A DNA stretch of 17,645 nt from Thermoplasmata archaeon (GTDB lineage: Archaea; Thermoplasmatota; E2; DHVEG-1). The stretch is taken from positions 1-17,645 of the forward strand of contig DAOWIZ010000029.1 of NCBI GenBank assembly GCA_030640585.1, read 5' to 3'. Position 1 is the first letter of the stretch. The number at the start of each line of letters is the position of its first letter. This document shows, piece after piece, positions 1 to 7,345 of this stretch. A program made the position numbers and the translations under genes. The notes under the pieces were generated by a model. The model was not told the DNA's origin and did no database searches. It saw only the letters and a list, made by a program, of their open reading frames with translations.

Positions 1-45
1 AGATTATATAGATAAGCATTACGAAAAATTATGAAACTAAAAAAA

Positions 46-804
46 TCAGTCATAGTTTCTGTTAACACAACATCCATCTTCAAGATTGAACTCAATCATT
101 TTCTTTTCTTTTTCCTCACCAACATTAACAACAGTTACTTCAATTACATCATCATCAATATCAACTATGTTAAAAGTATTCCCAAAATGAGCCCTTGTGC
201 GGTTACATGAAAACGTACCAGCATTCATCAAGAGTGTTTTATGTATTTTTACACCCCATGGTACATGACGATGACCCATTAAAACCAATGGAACCTCGTT
301 ACGTAGTATGATATCCAGTGTTTCACCAGCATCATCAAGAATATTTGCCTCACGACCAGAATTAGGAACAGGAATAAGATGATGATGAAAACCAATAACT
401 GTCATTTTACTAGTTTCTTTGATTGCTTTTTCTATTATTTTATGTCTTTTCCTACCAAGACGCCCAGTATCCTTATCAGGTTCACTAGATGCAAAACCTA
501 TGAAGTTTAAATCATCATATGTATGGACAAAACTTGGCTCACCGAAAAACTCAGGGAACAACTTAAAACCCAGGTTTCTTTCATCATGGTTCCCTGGAAC
601 AATTGCAAGTTTACTCTCTATTTGTTTAAGTTTTTCTTTAGCAAGATCATATTCAGATAAAAGCCCCTCTGTTGTAAGATCACCGGATATAAAAACAATA
701 TCTGCTTCAAACTTGTTCAGAGTTTTTACTGCTTTGTCAAACATTTTAGGGTTAAAATCAGAACCAAAGGTGCAATGTATATCAGATATATGTGCAATTC
801 TCAT
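46..804 (-). CDS. Calcineurin-like metallophosphoesterase
   Basis: 252-aa ORF with the ordered metallophosphoesterase motifs DIH (SDIHC), GD (SGDLT), GNHD, HHH and GHRH. ATG start at 804. It lies 36 nt downstream of the CinA-like gene on the same strand, so the two are probably co-transcribed. Confidence 0.85.
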   Translation of the reverse strand: MRIAHISDIHCTFGSDFNPKMFDKAVKTLNKFEADIVFISGDLTTEGLLSEYDLAKEKLKQIESKLAIVPGNHDERNLGFKLFPEFFGEPSFVHTYDDLNFIGFASSEPDKDTGRLGRKRHKIIEKAIKETSKMTVIGFHHHLIPVPNSGREANILDDAGETLDIILRNEVPLVLMGHRHVPWGVKIHKTLLMNAGTFSCNRTRAHFGNTFNIVDIDDDVIEVTVVNVGEEKEKKMIEFNLEDGCCVNRNYD

Positions 805-840
805 AAAACGGGATAAAAAATATTTGTTTATATGTTTTAT

Positions 841-1347
841 CTATTTTGTTCTCAAAGTTTCCAATAGTATTTCAAGAGCAGCTTCACAAGTATTTTCCTT
901 GTTCTGCAGCCGATTTCCCGTAAAAAGAAATTTTTCAACCTTTGTATCATCTTTTGTTGAAACAGCAATATATACAAGCCCAACGGGTTTTTCCTCAGTA
1001 CCACCAGTAGGACCAGCAATACCCGTTGTTGATATTCCAATATCAACATCTGATTTTGTTCGTATACCATTTGCCATGGCTTTTGCAACCTCTTTGCTTA
1101 CCGCTCCATGTTTTTTTAACAAATCCTTTGGGACATCTAAAAGTTCCATCTTTGACTTATTACTATACGATACAACCCCCCTATCAAAATAACCTGAGCT
1201 ACCTGAAATATTTGTCAGAGTGTGAGCAACGAGTCCACCAGTACAGGATTCGGCAGTGGCAACAGATATTTTTTGTTTTTTTAGGATTTTAGAAATCTTA
1301 TTAATAAGCCTTTCATCTATCACAACTATTACCTCATTTGCAAACAT
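841..1347 (-). CDS. CinA C-terminal domain / PncC-like NMN amidohydrolase family protein
   Basis: 168-aa ORF with blocks typical of the CinA C-terminal domain: SVATAESCTGGLVA, GYFDRGVVSYSN, HGAVSKEVAKAMA, TGIAGPTGG and KPVGLVYIA. Confidence 0.85.
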   Translation of the reverse strand: MFANEVIVVIDERLINKISKILKKQKISVATAESCTGGLVAHTLTNISGSSGYFDRGVVSYSNKSKMELLDVPKDLLKKHGAVSKEVAKAMANGIRTKSDVDIGISTTGIAGPTGGTEEKPVGLVYIAVSTKDDTKVEKFLFTGNRLQNKENTCEAALEILLETLRTK

Positions 1348-1392
1348 TATTTTGCAAGTATGTAAATAAACTGGGTTTTATAACATTAAAGG

Positions 1393-1401
1393 TTATATAT
1401 A
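1393..1401 (+). promoter_or_regulatory. Candidate archaeal TATA box (TTATATATA, preceded by purine-rich AAAGG) for tRNA-Gln(CUG)/GlnRS
   Basis: TATA-like octamer in the divergent spacer between the CinA-like gene and the tRNA, about 40 nt upstream of the mature tRNA 5' end. Called on position and sequence only, against an AT-rich background. Confidence 0.3.
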
Positions 1402-1438
1402 CAAATTATCATCCACTGCATCAAAGAAAAACATTTTT

Positions 1439-1510
1439 AGCCCCGTAGTGTAGCGGTTAACATAAGAGACTCTGGATCTCTAGTCGCCAGTTCGAATCTG
1501 GCCGGGGCTG
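1439..1510 (+). tRNA. tRNA-Gln (anticodon CUG)
   Basis: Hand-folded cloverleaf. Acceptor stem AGCCCCG/CGGGGCT (A1-U72). D stem GTGT/ACAT. Anticodon stem AGAGA/TCTCT with loop CTCTGGA, giving anticodon CTG. T arm GCCAG-TTCGAAT-CTGGC. Discriminator G. No encoded CCA. Confidence 0.9.
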
Positions 1511-1544
1511 TGACTTACTCATTGGTTTGTTAGGTGAGATAATT

Positions 1545-3233
1545 ATGGATTCAAAAGAAAATGTATCTAAGGATTTCATACGTGAAATCATTGATGAGGA
1601 TTTGAAGACAAATAAATATGATGGTCGCGTACATACACGTTTTCCACCTGAGCCCAATGGTTATCTTCATATTGGTCATGCTAAATCTATTTGCCTGAAC
1701 TTTGGCATCGCTGGAGAATACAAGGGTTTGTGTAATCTTCGTTTTGATGATACTAATCCTGCAAAAGAGGAAGAGGAATACGTTAAATCAATTATCAATG
1801 ATGTTCAATGGCTAGGTTTTGATTGGGGTGATCGGCTTCTTTTTGCATCTGATTATTTTGATCAAATGTATAATTATGCTCTTGATCTAGTGAAAAAGGG
1901 AAAAGCCTATGTTGATGATCTAAGTGCTGAAGAAATCAGTTCCTATCGTGGTACTCTAACACATCCTGGAATAGACAGCCCACATCGCAATCGACCTATT
2001 GAAGAAAACATTGAACTATTTAAAAAAATGAAAGCAGGCGAGTTTGCAGATGGGAAAAAGGTTCTACGGGCAAAAATCGACATGTCTCATCCTAATTTGA
2101 ATATGCGTGATCCTATAATGTACAGAGTCCTGCATGCAAGCCATCATAGAACAAAAGATAAATGGTGTATTTATCCTATGTATGACTGGGCACACGGTCT
2201 TGAAGATTCTATTGAAAATATCACTCATTCTATTTGTACACTAGAGTTTGAAAACCATCGACCTTTGTATGATTGGTTCCTTGACAATCTTGGTGTTTAT
2301 CACCCGCAGCAGATAGAGTTTGCACGTCTTAATCTCACATATACTGTTATGAGTAAACGAATGCTGCTAGAACTGGTTGAAGAAAAACATGTCAAAGGAT
2401 GGAATGACCCGCGTCTACCAACAATTAGTGGAATGAGACAACGTGGTTATTCACCTGCATCAATTAGGAATTTCTGCAGTCGCATAGGTGTTGCAAAGGT
2501 AAATAGCATCGTTGATTTCGCATTTCTTGAATACTGTGTCAGAGAAGATTTGAATAAGACCTGTAATCGGTTTATGGGCGTTCTAAACCCATTAAAAGTA
2601 GTCATCGAGAACTATCCCAAGGACAAAGTAGAAGAGTTTGAAGCAGTAAACAATCCAGAAGACCCTAAAGCTGGGAAACGAAAAGTTCCATTTACTAAAG
2701 AACTATATATTGAACAAAATGATTTTATGGAAGACCCTCCAAAGAAGTTCTATCGATTGACACCAGGAAGAGAGGTAAGATTCAGATATTCATATCTAAT
2801 AACCTGTCAAGAAGCAATTAAAAAAGATGGAAAAATAGTAGAACTTCGTTGTACTATTGACCCAGAGACACACGGTGGCTATGCATCTGATGGACGACGT
2901 GTCAAATCAACAATTCACTGGGTTTCAGCACCTAATGCAATTGATGCAGAAGTCAATCTTTATGATAGATTGTTCACAGTAAAAAACCCTGCAGGTCAAA
3001 AAGATAAAAACTTCAAAGAATTCCTGAATCCTAAATCACTTGAGATACTCACAAACTGTAAAGTAGAGCCGGCCGTACAAAAGTTGAAACCGTTTGACAG
3101 ATTCCAATTTGAACGGCTTGGATATTTCTGCATAGACCAAAATACAACAGATAAAAAACTTATAATTAATAGAACTGTAACTCTCCGCGATACATGGGCA
3201 AAAATACAGAAACAGCAACAAAACAAAAAATAA
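1545..3233 (+). CDS. glnS: Glutaminyl-tRNA synthetase (class I, bacterial-type)
   Basis: Collinear along its whole length with E. coli GlnS as I recall it. Shared blocks include [26 protein letters not shown] (HIGH), [38 protein letters not shown] (KMSKS variant), GW.DPR.PTISG.R.RGY and FQFER.GYFC. I prefer the ATG at 1545, which has GGTGA 7 nt upstream, over the track's in-frame TTG at 1527. There is no eukaryote-type N-terminal extension. Confidence 0.93.
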   Translation: MDSKENVSKDFIREIIDEDLKTNKYDGRVHTRFPPEPNGYLHIGHAKSICLNFGIAGEYKGLCNLRFDDTNPAKEEEEYVKSIINDVQWLGFDWGDRLLFASDYFDQMYNYALDLVKKGKAYVDDLSAEEISSYRGTLTHPGIDSPHRNRPIEENIELFKKMKAGEFADGKKVLRAKIDMSHPNLNMRDPIMYRVLHASHHRTKDKWCIYPMYDWAHGLEDSIENITHSICTLEFENHRPLYDWFLDNLGVYHPQQIEFARLNLTYTVMSKRMLLELVEEKHVKGWNDPRLPTISGMRQRGYSPASIRNFCSRIGVAKVNSIVDFAFLEYCVREDLNKTCNRFMGVLNPLKVVIENYPKDKVEEFEAVNNPEDPKAGKRKVPFTKELYIEQNDFMEDPPKKFYRLTPGREVRFRYSYLITCQEAIKKDGKIVELRCTIDPETHGGYASDGRRVKSTIHWVSAPNAIDAEVNLYDRLFTVKNPAGQKDKNFKEFLNPKSLEILTNCKVEPAVQKLKPFDRFQFERLGYFCIDQNTTDKKLIINRTVTLRDTWAKIQKQQQNKK

Positions 3234-3335
3234 AAAATTTTTACCAATAAAGATGAAAATTATAAATATTATACTTTTATTCCGGTCATTATCAACACCG
3301 TAACAATCAATAGATATAAATATCAAATTTTATTT

Positions 3336-3406
3336 AGCCCTGTGGTGTAGTGGTAACATACTGGCCTTTGGAGCCTGCGTCAGCGGTTCAAATCCGCTCA
3401 GGGCTG
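3336..3406 (+). tRNA. tRNA-Gln (anticodon UUG)
   Basis: Hand-folded cloverleaf. Acceptor stem AGCCCTG/CAGGGCT (A1-U72). D stem GTGT/ACAT. Anticodon stem CTGGC/GCCTG with one U-U mismatch, and loop CTTTGGA giving anticodon TTG. T arm AGCGG-TTCAAAT-CCGCT. Discriminator G. A T6 run follows at 3407-3412. Confidence 0.85.
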
Positions 3407-3418
3407 TTTTTTCCATTT

Positions 3419-3493
3419 GCTCCCGTGGTGTAGTCCGGTCAATCATTCCAGCCTTTCGAGCTGGCTACACGGGTTCGAATCCCGTCGGGAGCA
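3419..3493 (+). tRNA. tRNA-Glu (anticodon UUC)
   Basis: Hand-folded cloverleaf. Acceptor stem GCTCCCG/CGGGAGC. Anticodon stem CCAGC/GCTGG with loop CTTTCGA, giving anticodon TTC. T arm ACGGG-TTCGAAT-CCCGT. Discriminator A. The D-arm sequence GTGTAGTCCGGTCAATCAT is archaeal-looking. It starts 12 nt after tRNA-Gln(UUG). Confidence 0.9.
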
Positions 3494-4759
3494 TACCTCC
3501 GCACTCCTGTTGTTTCCATTCGAAACAGGGGTTTTTTCAGGTGTTTTTAAAATTAAGCCATTTTCTTGTCCCACATTATATGTATTTTTGTGGAATTTCA
3601 AGATGGCTTTAATCCAATCATAAGACGCATTGCGATAATATTGCTTTGCGTATCTTACATAATCCTCTGTTGTACCGACTTTGTCATGCCCAAGCCATTC
3701 TTTTACATCCCATATGTCCCAGTGTTTGGTTTCTACCTTGCTTTTGATTAGTCTTGCTATTGCACACCAGTGTCTCATTATGTATGGATGATAGTAGTTC
3801 CATACTGGTTTGACGTTTTGATTAAGATATTTTCCCAGATATGCTCTTGTGAATGGTCTACCATTTGGTTGTATATAGAGATAGTCTTCGCTGTATTGAT
3901 TTGCTACTTTTGGTCTCCAGTGTTCGATCCAGTTTTTCATACTTTTACGTCTGAGATTAGTCATTAGGTCTTTTTCTGGAAAAATCTGTCTCGGCTGTCC
4001 ATTCTTTTTTGACTCTGTAATAATGATATAGCCATCGTCAAGGAACACATCGCTTACTTTTTGAATTATTATTTCACTTGGTCTCCACCCTATTGTAAAA
4101 CCATGAGCTAAAATGTACTGTATCAGTGCGTTTTTGTATAGATTCTTTGAGTATTTATGCTGGATTAGTTGATAGGTTGTGTTTGGTAGTGGTACAATTT
4201 TTACTTTTGGTTTCGGCGGACTCGGTGGTATGTATCCCCAGAGTTTTGCATCTATTCCATATGCTTTTGCAAATGTTTTCACTGTTTTCCATTCATTGAT
4301 TATCTGAAATTTTCCTCTTTCGTTTTTGTATTCTTGGTATTCTTTGTATTCAAGATATGCTATGATCTGATTTGTGTTTAATTCAAACCAGTTTACTGGA
4401 AAAATGCTGTGTTCTGCCATTTTTTTAGCGTAGCGTAGCCTGTCTTTGATGGTTCTTTCGTTTTTTCTGTACTTAAATATCCACCAGTGTTTGATCGCGT
4501 CAAATAGTTCTTCTTGTGTTTCATATTGTTCTGGATCTATAATATATGGGTTTTTGATTTTTTCAACATCTAATTTTCTTATATTTTGCTTTGCTTCACC
4601 CATTTCCTCCACAACTGTTTGTGTGGTTTTTTGCTCGAAATGTTTTTGGCATATATTTTCTAAAATTTGTTTCCATTCTTGGTTTCTACCTCCTTTCAAT
4701 TCATTTTTTGGATTGGTTTGAATCGAATTGTATGTGTTGTTAATAGTTGTATTTATCAT
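3443..4759 (-). CDS. Tyrosine recombinase / phage-type integrase
   Basis: 438-aa ORF with a C-terminal catalytic domain. Motifs: GWRPSE (Arg I), YIMRHWCAIA (box with Arg II) and WLGHDKVGTTEDYVRY, which matches the XerC/D-like pattern LGH....TT..Y carrying the nucleophile Tyr. The last 51 nt (3443-3493) are antisense to tRNA-Glu. The stop codon TGA is the reverse complement of 3443-3445. Confidence 0.8.
   Translation of the reverse strand: MINTTINNTYNSIQTNPKNELKGGRNQEWKQILENICQKHFEQKTTQTVVEEMGEAKQNIRKLDVEKIKNPYIIDPEQYETQEELFDAIKHWWIFKYRKNERTIKDRLRYAKKMAEHSIFPVNWFELNTNQIIAYLEYKEYQEYKNERGKFQIINEWKTVKTFAKAYGIDAKLWGYIPPSPPKPKVKIVPLPNTTYQLIQHKYSKNLYKNALIQYILAHGFTIGWRPSEIIIQKVSDVFLDDGYIIITESKKNGQPRQIFPEKDLMTNLRRKSMKNWIEHWRPKVANQYSEDYLYIQPNGRPFTRAYLGKYLNQNVKPVWNYYHPYIMRHWCAIARLIKSKVETKHWDIWDVKEWLGHDKVGTTEDYVRYAKQYYRNASYDWIKAILKFHKNTYNVGQENGLILKTPEKTPVSNGNNRSAEVCSRRDSNPCSQLERLE
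3504..3537 (+). terminator. Hairpin plus T6 tract just downstream of tRNA-Glu
   Basis: CTCCTGTT (3504-3511) pairs with AACAGGGG (3524-3531), and TTTTTT follows at 3532-3537. The structure lies inside the C-terminal tail of the antisense integrase ORF. Confidence 0.4.
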
Positions 4760-4767
4760 ATTAGTAC

Positions 4768-4837
4768 CTATATTACACTTTACGTATTATGTAATACTCT
4801 AGGAGTATAAATACTTTACTATATTACACTTTTAGTA
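4768..4837. repeat. Two 19-nt direct repeats in the integrase/wHTH divergent spacer
   Basis: CTATATTACACTTTACGTA (4768-4786) and CTATATTACACTTTTAGTA (4819-4837) match at 17 of 19 positions, with starts 51 nt apart. Related TACGTA palindromes occur at 4781-4786 and 4886-4891. Confidence 0.6.
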
Positions 4838-4891
4838 ATATTGTAGTTTTTATGTAAAAATATATAATTTACTACTTTGTTACGGTACGTA

Positions 4892-5167
4892 ATGAGTAAT
4901 AAGATGGATGTCTTTGCAAAAGCAGGATCAACAGATATTTTGATTTCTCTTTTAAAACATAATAGCAAGATGTACGTAACTGAGTTAAAAGGAAAAATTG
5001 GCAAAGGAAGTATGTCTACATTAAACACAAGATTGCCTGAATTAAAAAATCAGGGATTAATCAAAGATGAACAAGAGAGTAAATTTGGTGGTCGTAGATA
5101 CATTTGGCTCACTGATAAAGGTCAAAAAGTAGCAAAGCATCTATTAGAAATTGAAAAAGTATTATAG
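4892..5167 (+). CDS. Small winged-helix DNA-binding protein (ArsR/MarR-like), element-associated
   Basis: About 91 aa from the ATG at 4892; the track's TTG at 4877 is in-frame upstream. The pattern ILISLL....MYVTELKGKIG.GSMSTLNTRLPELKNQGLI...RRYIWLTDKG fits an HTH followed by a beta-wing. The gene is divergent from the integrase. Confidence 0.6.
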   Translation: MSNKMDVFAKAGSTDILISLLKHNSKMYVTELKGKIGKGSMSTLNTRLPELKNQGLIKDEQESKFGGRRYIWLTDKGQKVAKHLLEIEKVL

Positions 5168-5322
5168 ATTAATGGAGCGGTAAAAGGCGGAAGTACAACC
5201 CCCTGCTGGCAGCCCCGGCAGCATAGGGGATATGGGCAAATAATAAACTAATCTCGTACTCTCTTTTCTTTCTTTTTTTCATGGCAGAATGTTTGTTAGG
5301 CTAAATGAAAAATTTCAGATTT

Positions 5323-5331
5323 TTTTAAATA
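5323..5331 (+). promoter_or_regulatory. Candidate TATA box (TTTTAAATA) for the Lrp/AsnC gene
   Basis: The box is centred about 27 nt upstream of the GTG start at 5354. That spacing suggests a leaderless or near-leaderless transcript. Called on position only. Confidence 0.35.
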
Positions 5332-5353
5332 CAGGTAATTTGTTCTCGGAATT

Positions 5354-5809
5354 GTGAAGATTGACGCCATTAACAAAAAAATTCTTTATCTCCTACAAAA
5401 AGATGCACGGATGACCTACAAAGACATTGCAAACCATCTCAAACGATCAGAAACAACAATACGCGATAGAATACGAGCAATGGAGAAGGTAGGTATCATT
5501 CAAGGATATACTGCATTAATTGATAAAACTGCACTAGGGTTAAACTTCTTTGCAATAATACTTGCAAATCCGATCTCATCATCTGACTTAGATAAAGTAA
5601 CTGAGAAAATAAAAAAATTGAAAAATGTTATGAGGGTCTACCAGATATCAGGTAAACAACGACTTGCGATTTTCATGGTGACACAATCTTATAAGGAATT
5701 GAAAGAAATCCTCAGAACACAGATCATACCAATTGGATTAAAGGATGATGAAATTATCACTGTTCTTGAGGCAGATCGTGAGTTTATTTCACCGATTGAA
5801 ATACCTTAA
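5354..5809 (+). CDS. Lrp/AsnC family transcriptional regulator
   Basis: 151-aa ORF. The N-terminal HTH reads D.INKKILYLLQKDARMTYKDIANHLKRSETTIRDRIRAMEKVGIIQGYTA and is followed by a RAM/AsnC_trans_reg-like C-terminal domain. GTG start. Confidence 0.85.
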   Translation: MKIDAINKKILYLLQKDARMTYKDIANHLKRSETTIRDRIRAMEKVGIIQGYTALIDKTALGLNFFAIILANPISSSDLDKVTEKIKKLKNVMRVYQISGKQRLAIFMVTQSYKELKEILRTQIIPIGLKDDEIITVLEADREFISPIEIP

Positions 5810-6242
5810 AAAAAACTAGGTTTAATCGGTAAAAATCTTATTAGATGAAAACTTTGTAAATTTTACTTTTTAGTTGAAATTTCCGTGGATAATGGTTTTT
5901 TGTTATTCAATTTCACAGGAATCCTATAGTAGTGTTTATGAATTTTATTTTTCTACTATATTCTAAGGGTTTGCCCCTAACGAGGTGACAAATGGGACCA
6001 AAAAAGAAAAAGGGAAAAAAGGATAAGAAATAAAAATTGAGATACCTCTGCTCCTATCCATCATGTTCATTTTAGGCAGCGGATTTTTTAATTAAAGTGA
6101 TCCTGGAGGGCGGATAACGGTTTTTCCTCCTCCGCTCTCAACTTTAAATTATTTACTATAAAAAAAGCGCGGTTTTAACTGATCATTATTCTATCGATTA
6201 TAGAGATGTATTTATAAAAATCACTCTCATAAAAAATGATAT

Positions 6243-7190
6243 TCAATATATAACAAAAGGAATATCTAATTTTTCAACTATTTCTTTATATCGATTCCGA
6301 ACAGTTACTTCGGTAACACCTGCGACATCAGCAACCTCTCGTTGTGTTCGTCGTTCTCCACAAAGAACTGATGCGATGTACAAAGATGCTGCAGCGTTTC
6401 CTGTTGGCCCTCGCCCAGTAATCAATGCTTTCTCGGCTGCAAGTTTTAATATCTCCATTGTCTTGACTTGAACTTCATTACTAAGTTTTAATTCACTGCA
6501 GAACCGAGAAATATAATCCTCAGGCAAAGTAGGAAGGAGCTTCAGTTTGAGTTCCTTTGCAATAAACCGGTAGTTTTTCCCAATTTCTTTTCTTTTAATA
6601 CGAGATATCTCACTCATCTCATCTAACGTCCGTGGTATATGACATTGCCGACATGCTGCATATAATGCTGCTGCAGCAACACCTTCGATGCTTCTACCAC
6701 GTATAAGATTTTTCATTGCTGACTTTCGATAAATCATGGCAGCTGTTTCACGAACTACTCTAGGAAGCCCCAAACTAGAAGCCAGCCGATCCAGATTAGA
6801 CAATGCAAGTGCAAGGTTTCTCTCAGTGCCATCTGCTATACGTATTCGACGTTGCCATTTTCTAAGTCGGTATAACTGTGCACGATTTCTAGTTGGAATC
6901 GTTTTTCCGTATGAATCTTTGTTACTCCAATCAATTTCAGTGCTTAATCCTTTATCATGAATTGTATATGTCATGGGTGTACCAGTACGCGACCTTTTTT
7001 CCCGTTGATCTCCATCGAATGCGCGCCATTCAGGCCCATGATCAATAAAATCTTCATCTATTACAAGACCACAGTCCTCACACACCAACTCAGCTCTTGA
7101 ATAATCTTTTGACAGGTGGGTGCTCCCACATCCAGGGCATCGAACAATTTCTTCGATACTTTGTTTTTCTTTTTTAGCTAAGTAAATCAA
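6243..7190 (-). CDS. tfb: Transcription initiation factor IIB (TFB)
   Basis: N-terminal Zn ribbon CPGCGS...VCEDCG, then GPEWRAFD, B-linker and two cyclin-fold repeats ([57 protein letters not shown]). It is collinear with Pyrococcus TFB as I recall it. The only in-frame start is the TTG at 7190, so the start call is less certain than the gene call. Confidence 0.93.
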   Translation of the reverse strand: MIYLAKKEKQSIEEIVRCPGCGSTHLSKDYSRAELVCEDCGLVIDEDFIDHGPEWRAFDGDQREKRSRTGTPMTYTIHDKGLSTEIDWSNKDSYGKTIPTRNRAQLYRLRKWQRRIRIADGTERNLALALSNLDRLASSLGLPRVVRETAAMIYRKSAMKNLIRGRSIEGVAAAALYAACRQCHIPRTLDEMSEISRIKRKEIGKNYRFIAKELKLKLLPTLPEDYISRFCSELKLSNEVQVKTMEILKLAAEKALITGRGPTGNAAASLYIASVLCGERRTQREVADVAGVTEVTVRNRYKEIVEKLDIPFVIY

Positions 7191-7345
7191 CTCCTAAGTA
7201 TGATTTTGAATAATTCGAATAGTTCATAGACATTAGAAAAAATAGAATCATATAAGGTATATTTAACTATCCATGGGAAAATGCTGTTTAATTTAGTTAT
7301 TTTTGATGATAATTCTTATTAGCGTCACCATGTTATCTGGCTAAT

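Larger units (their letters stand above)
3443..5229. mobile_element. Integrated-element remnant at tRNA-Glu (integrase plus wHTH gene); right boundary unresolved
   Basis: The integrase abuts and overlaps the 3' half of a tRNA, which is the classic attL configuration. A divergent small wHTH gene sits beside it with repeat-bearing promoter DNA between them. I found no duplicated tRNA 3' segment (attR) in the window, so the extent given is a minimum estimate. Confidence 0.45.

Noticed and set aside
419-1192. 257-aa + strand ORF spanning the metallophosphoesterase and CinA-like genes
   Set aside because: It is entirely antisense to two ORFs with clear family motifs. Its product is Ser/Leu/Phe-rich low-complexity sequence with no recognisable domain. 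It is a shadow ORF, typical of AT-rich DNA. The same applies to 852-1088 (-) and 1026-1292 (+).
1457-1657. 66-aa minus-strand ORF, and the TTG-1527 extension of GlnRS (MLGEII...)
   Set aside because: The minus ORF overlaps the tRNA-Gln(CUG) gene and the GlnRS 5' end. The TTG start would place the coding sequence 17 nt after the tRNA with no ribosome-binding site, whereas the ATG at 1545 has GGTGA upstream.
2996-3326. Two minus-strand ORFs (83 and 96 aa) at the GlnRS 3' end
   Set aside because: They are antisense to the conserved GlnRS C-terminus. Their Phe/Ile/Cys-rich composition reflects translation of A/T runs, and no motifs are present.
3417-3967. + strand ORFs 3417-3623, 3566-3751 and 3770-3967
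   Set aside because: The first is a translation of tRNA-Glu itself. The others are antisense shadows inside the integrase gene. The same applies to 4446-4721.
4819-5028. 69-aa minus-strand ORF in the integrase/wHTH spacer
   Set aside because: It overlaps the wHTH gene in antisense and covers the repeat-bearing promoter DNA. It has no ribosome-binding site and no recognisable fold signature.
5212-5225. CGGCAGCATA resembling the tRNA-Glu 3' end (CGGGAGCATA), as a possible attR core
   Set aside because: Only about 9 of 10 nt match and the similarity does not extend into the T arm, so it is too short to distinguish from chance. It is kept only as a weak note within the boundary finding.
5810-6242. 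C/D-box sRNA or other known ncRNA in the Lrp-TFB spacer
   Set aside because: I found no canonical C box (RUGAUGA) paired with a D box (CUGA) at suitable spacing. Only partial matches occur (AGATGAA and a lone CTGA). There is no tRNA-like or SRP-like fold.
6736-6960. 74-aa + strand ORF inside TFB
   Set aside because: It is antisense to the highly conserved TFB core and is a shadow ORF.
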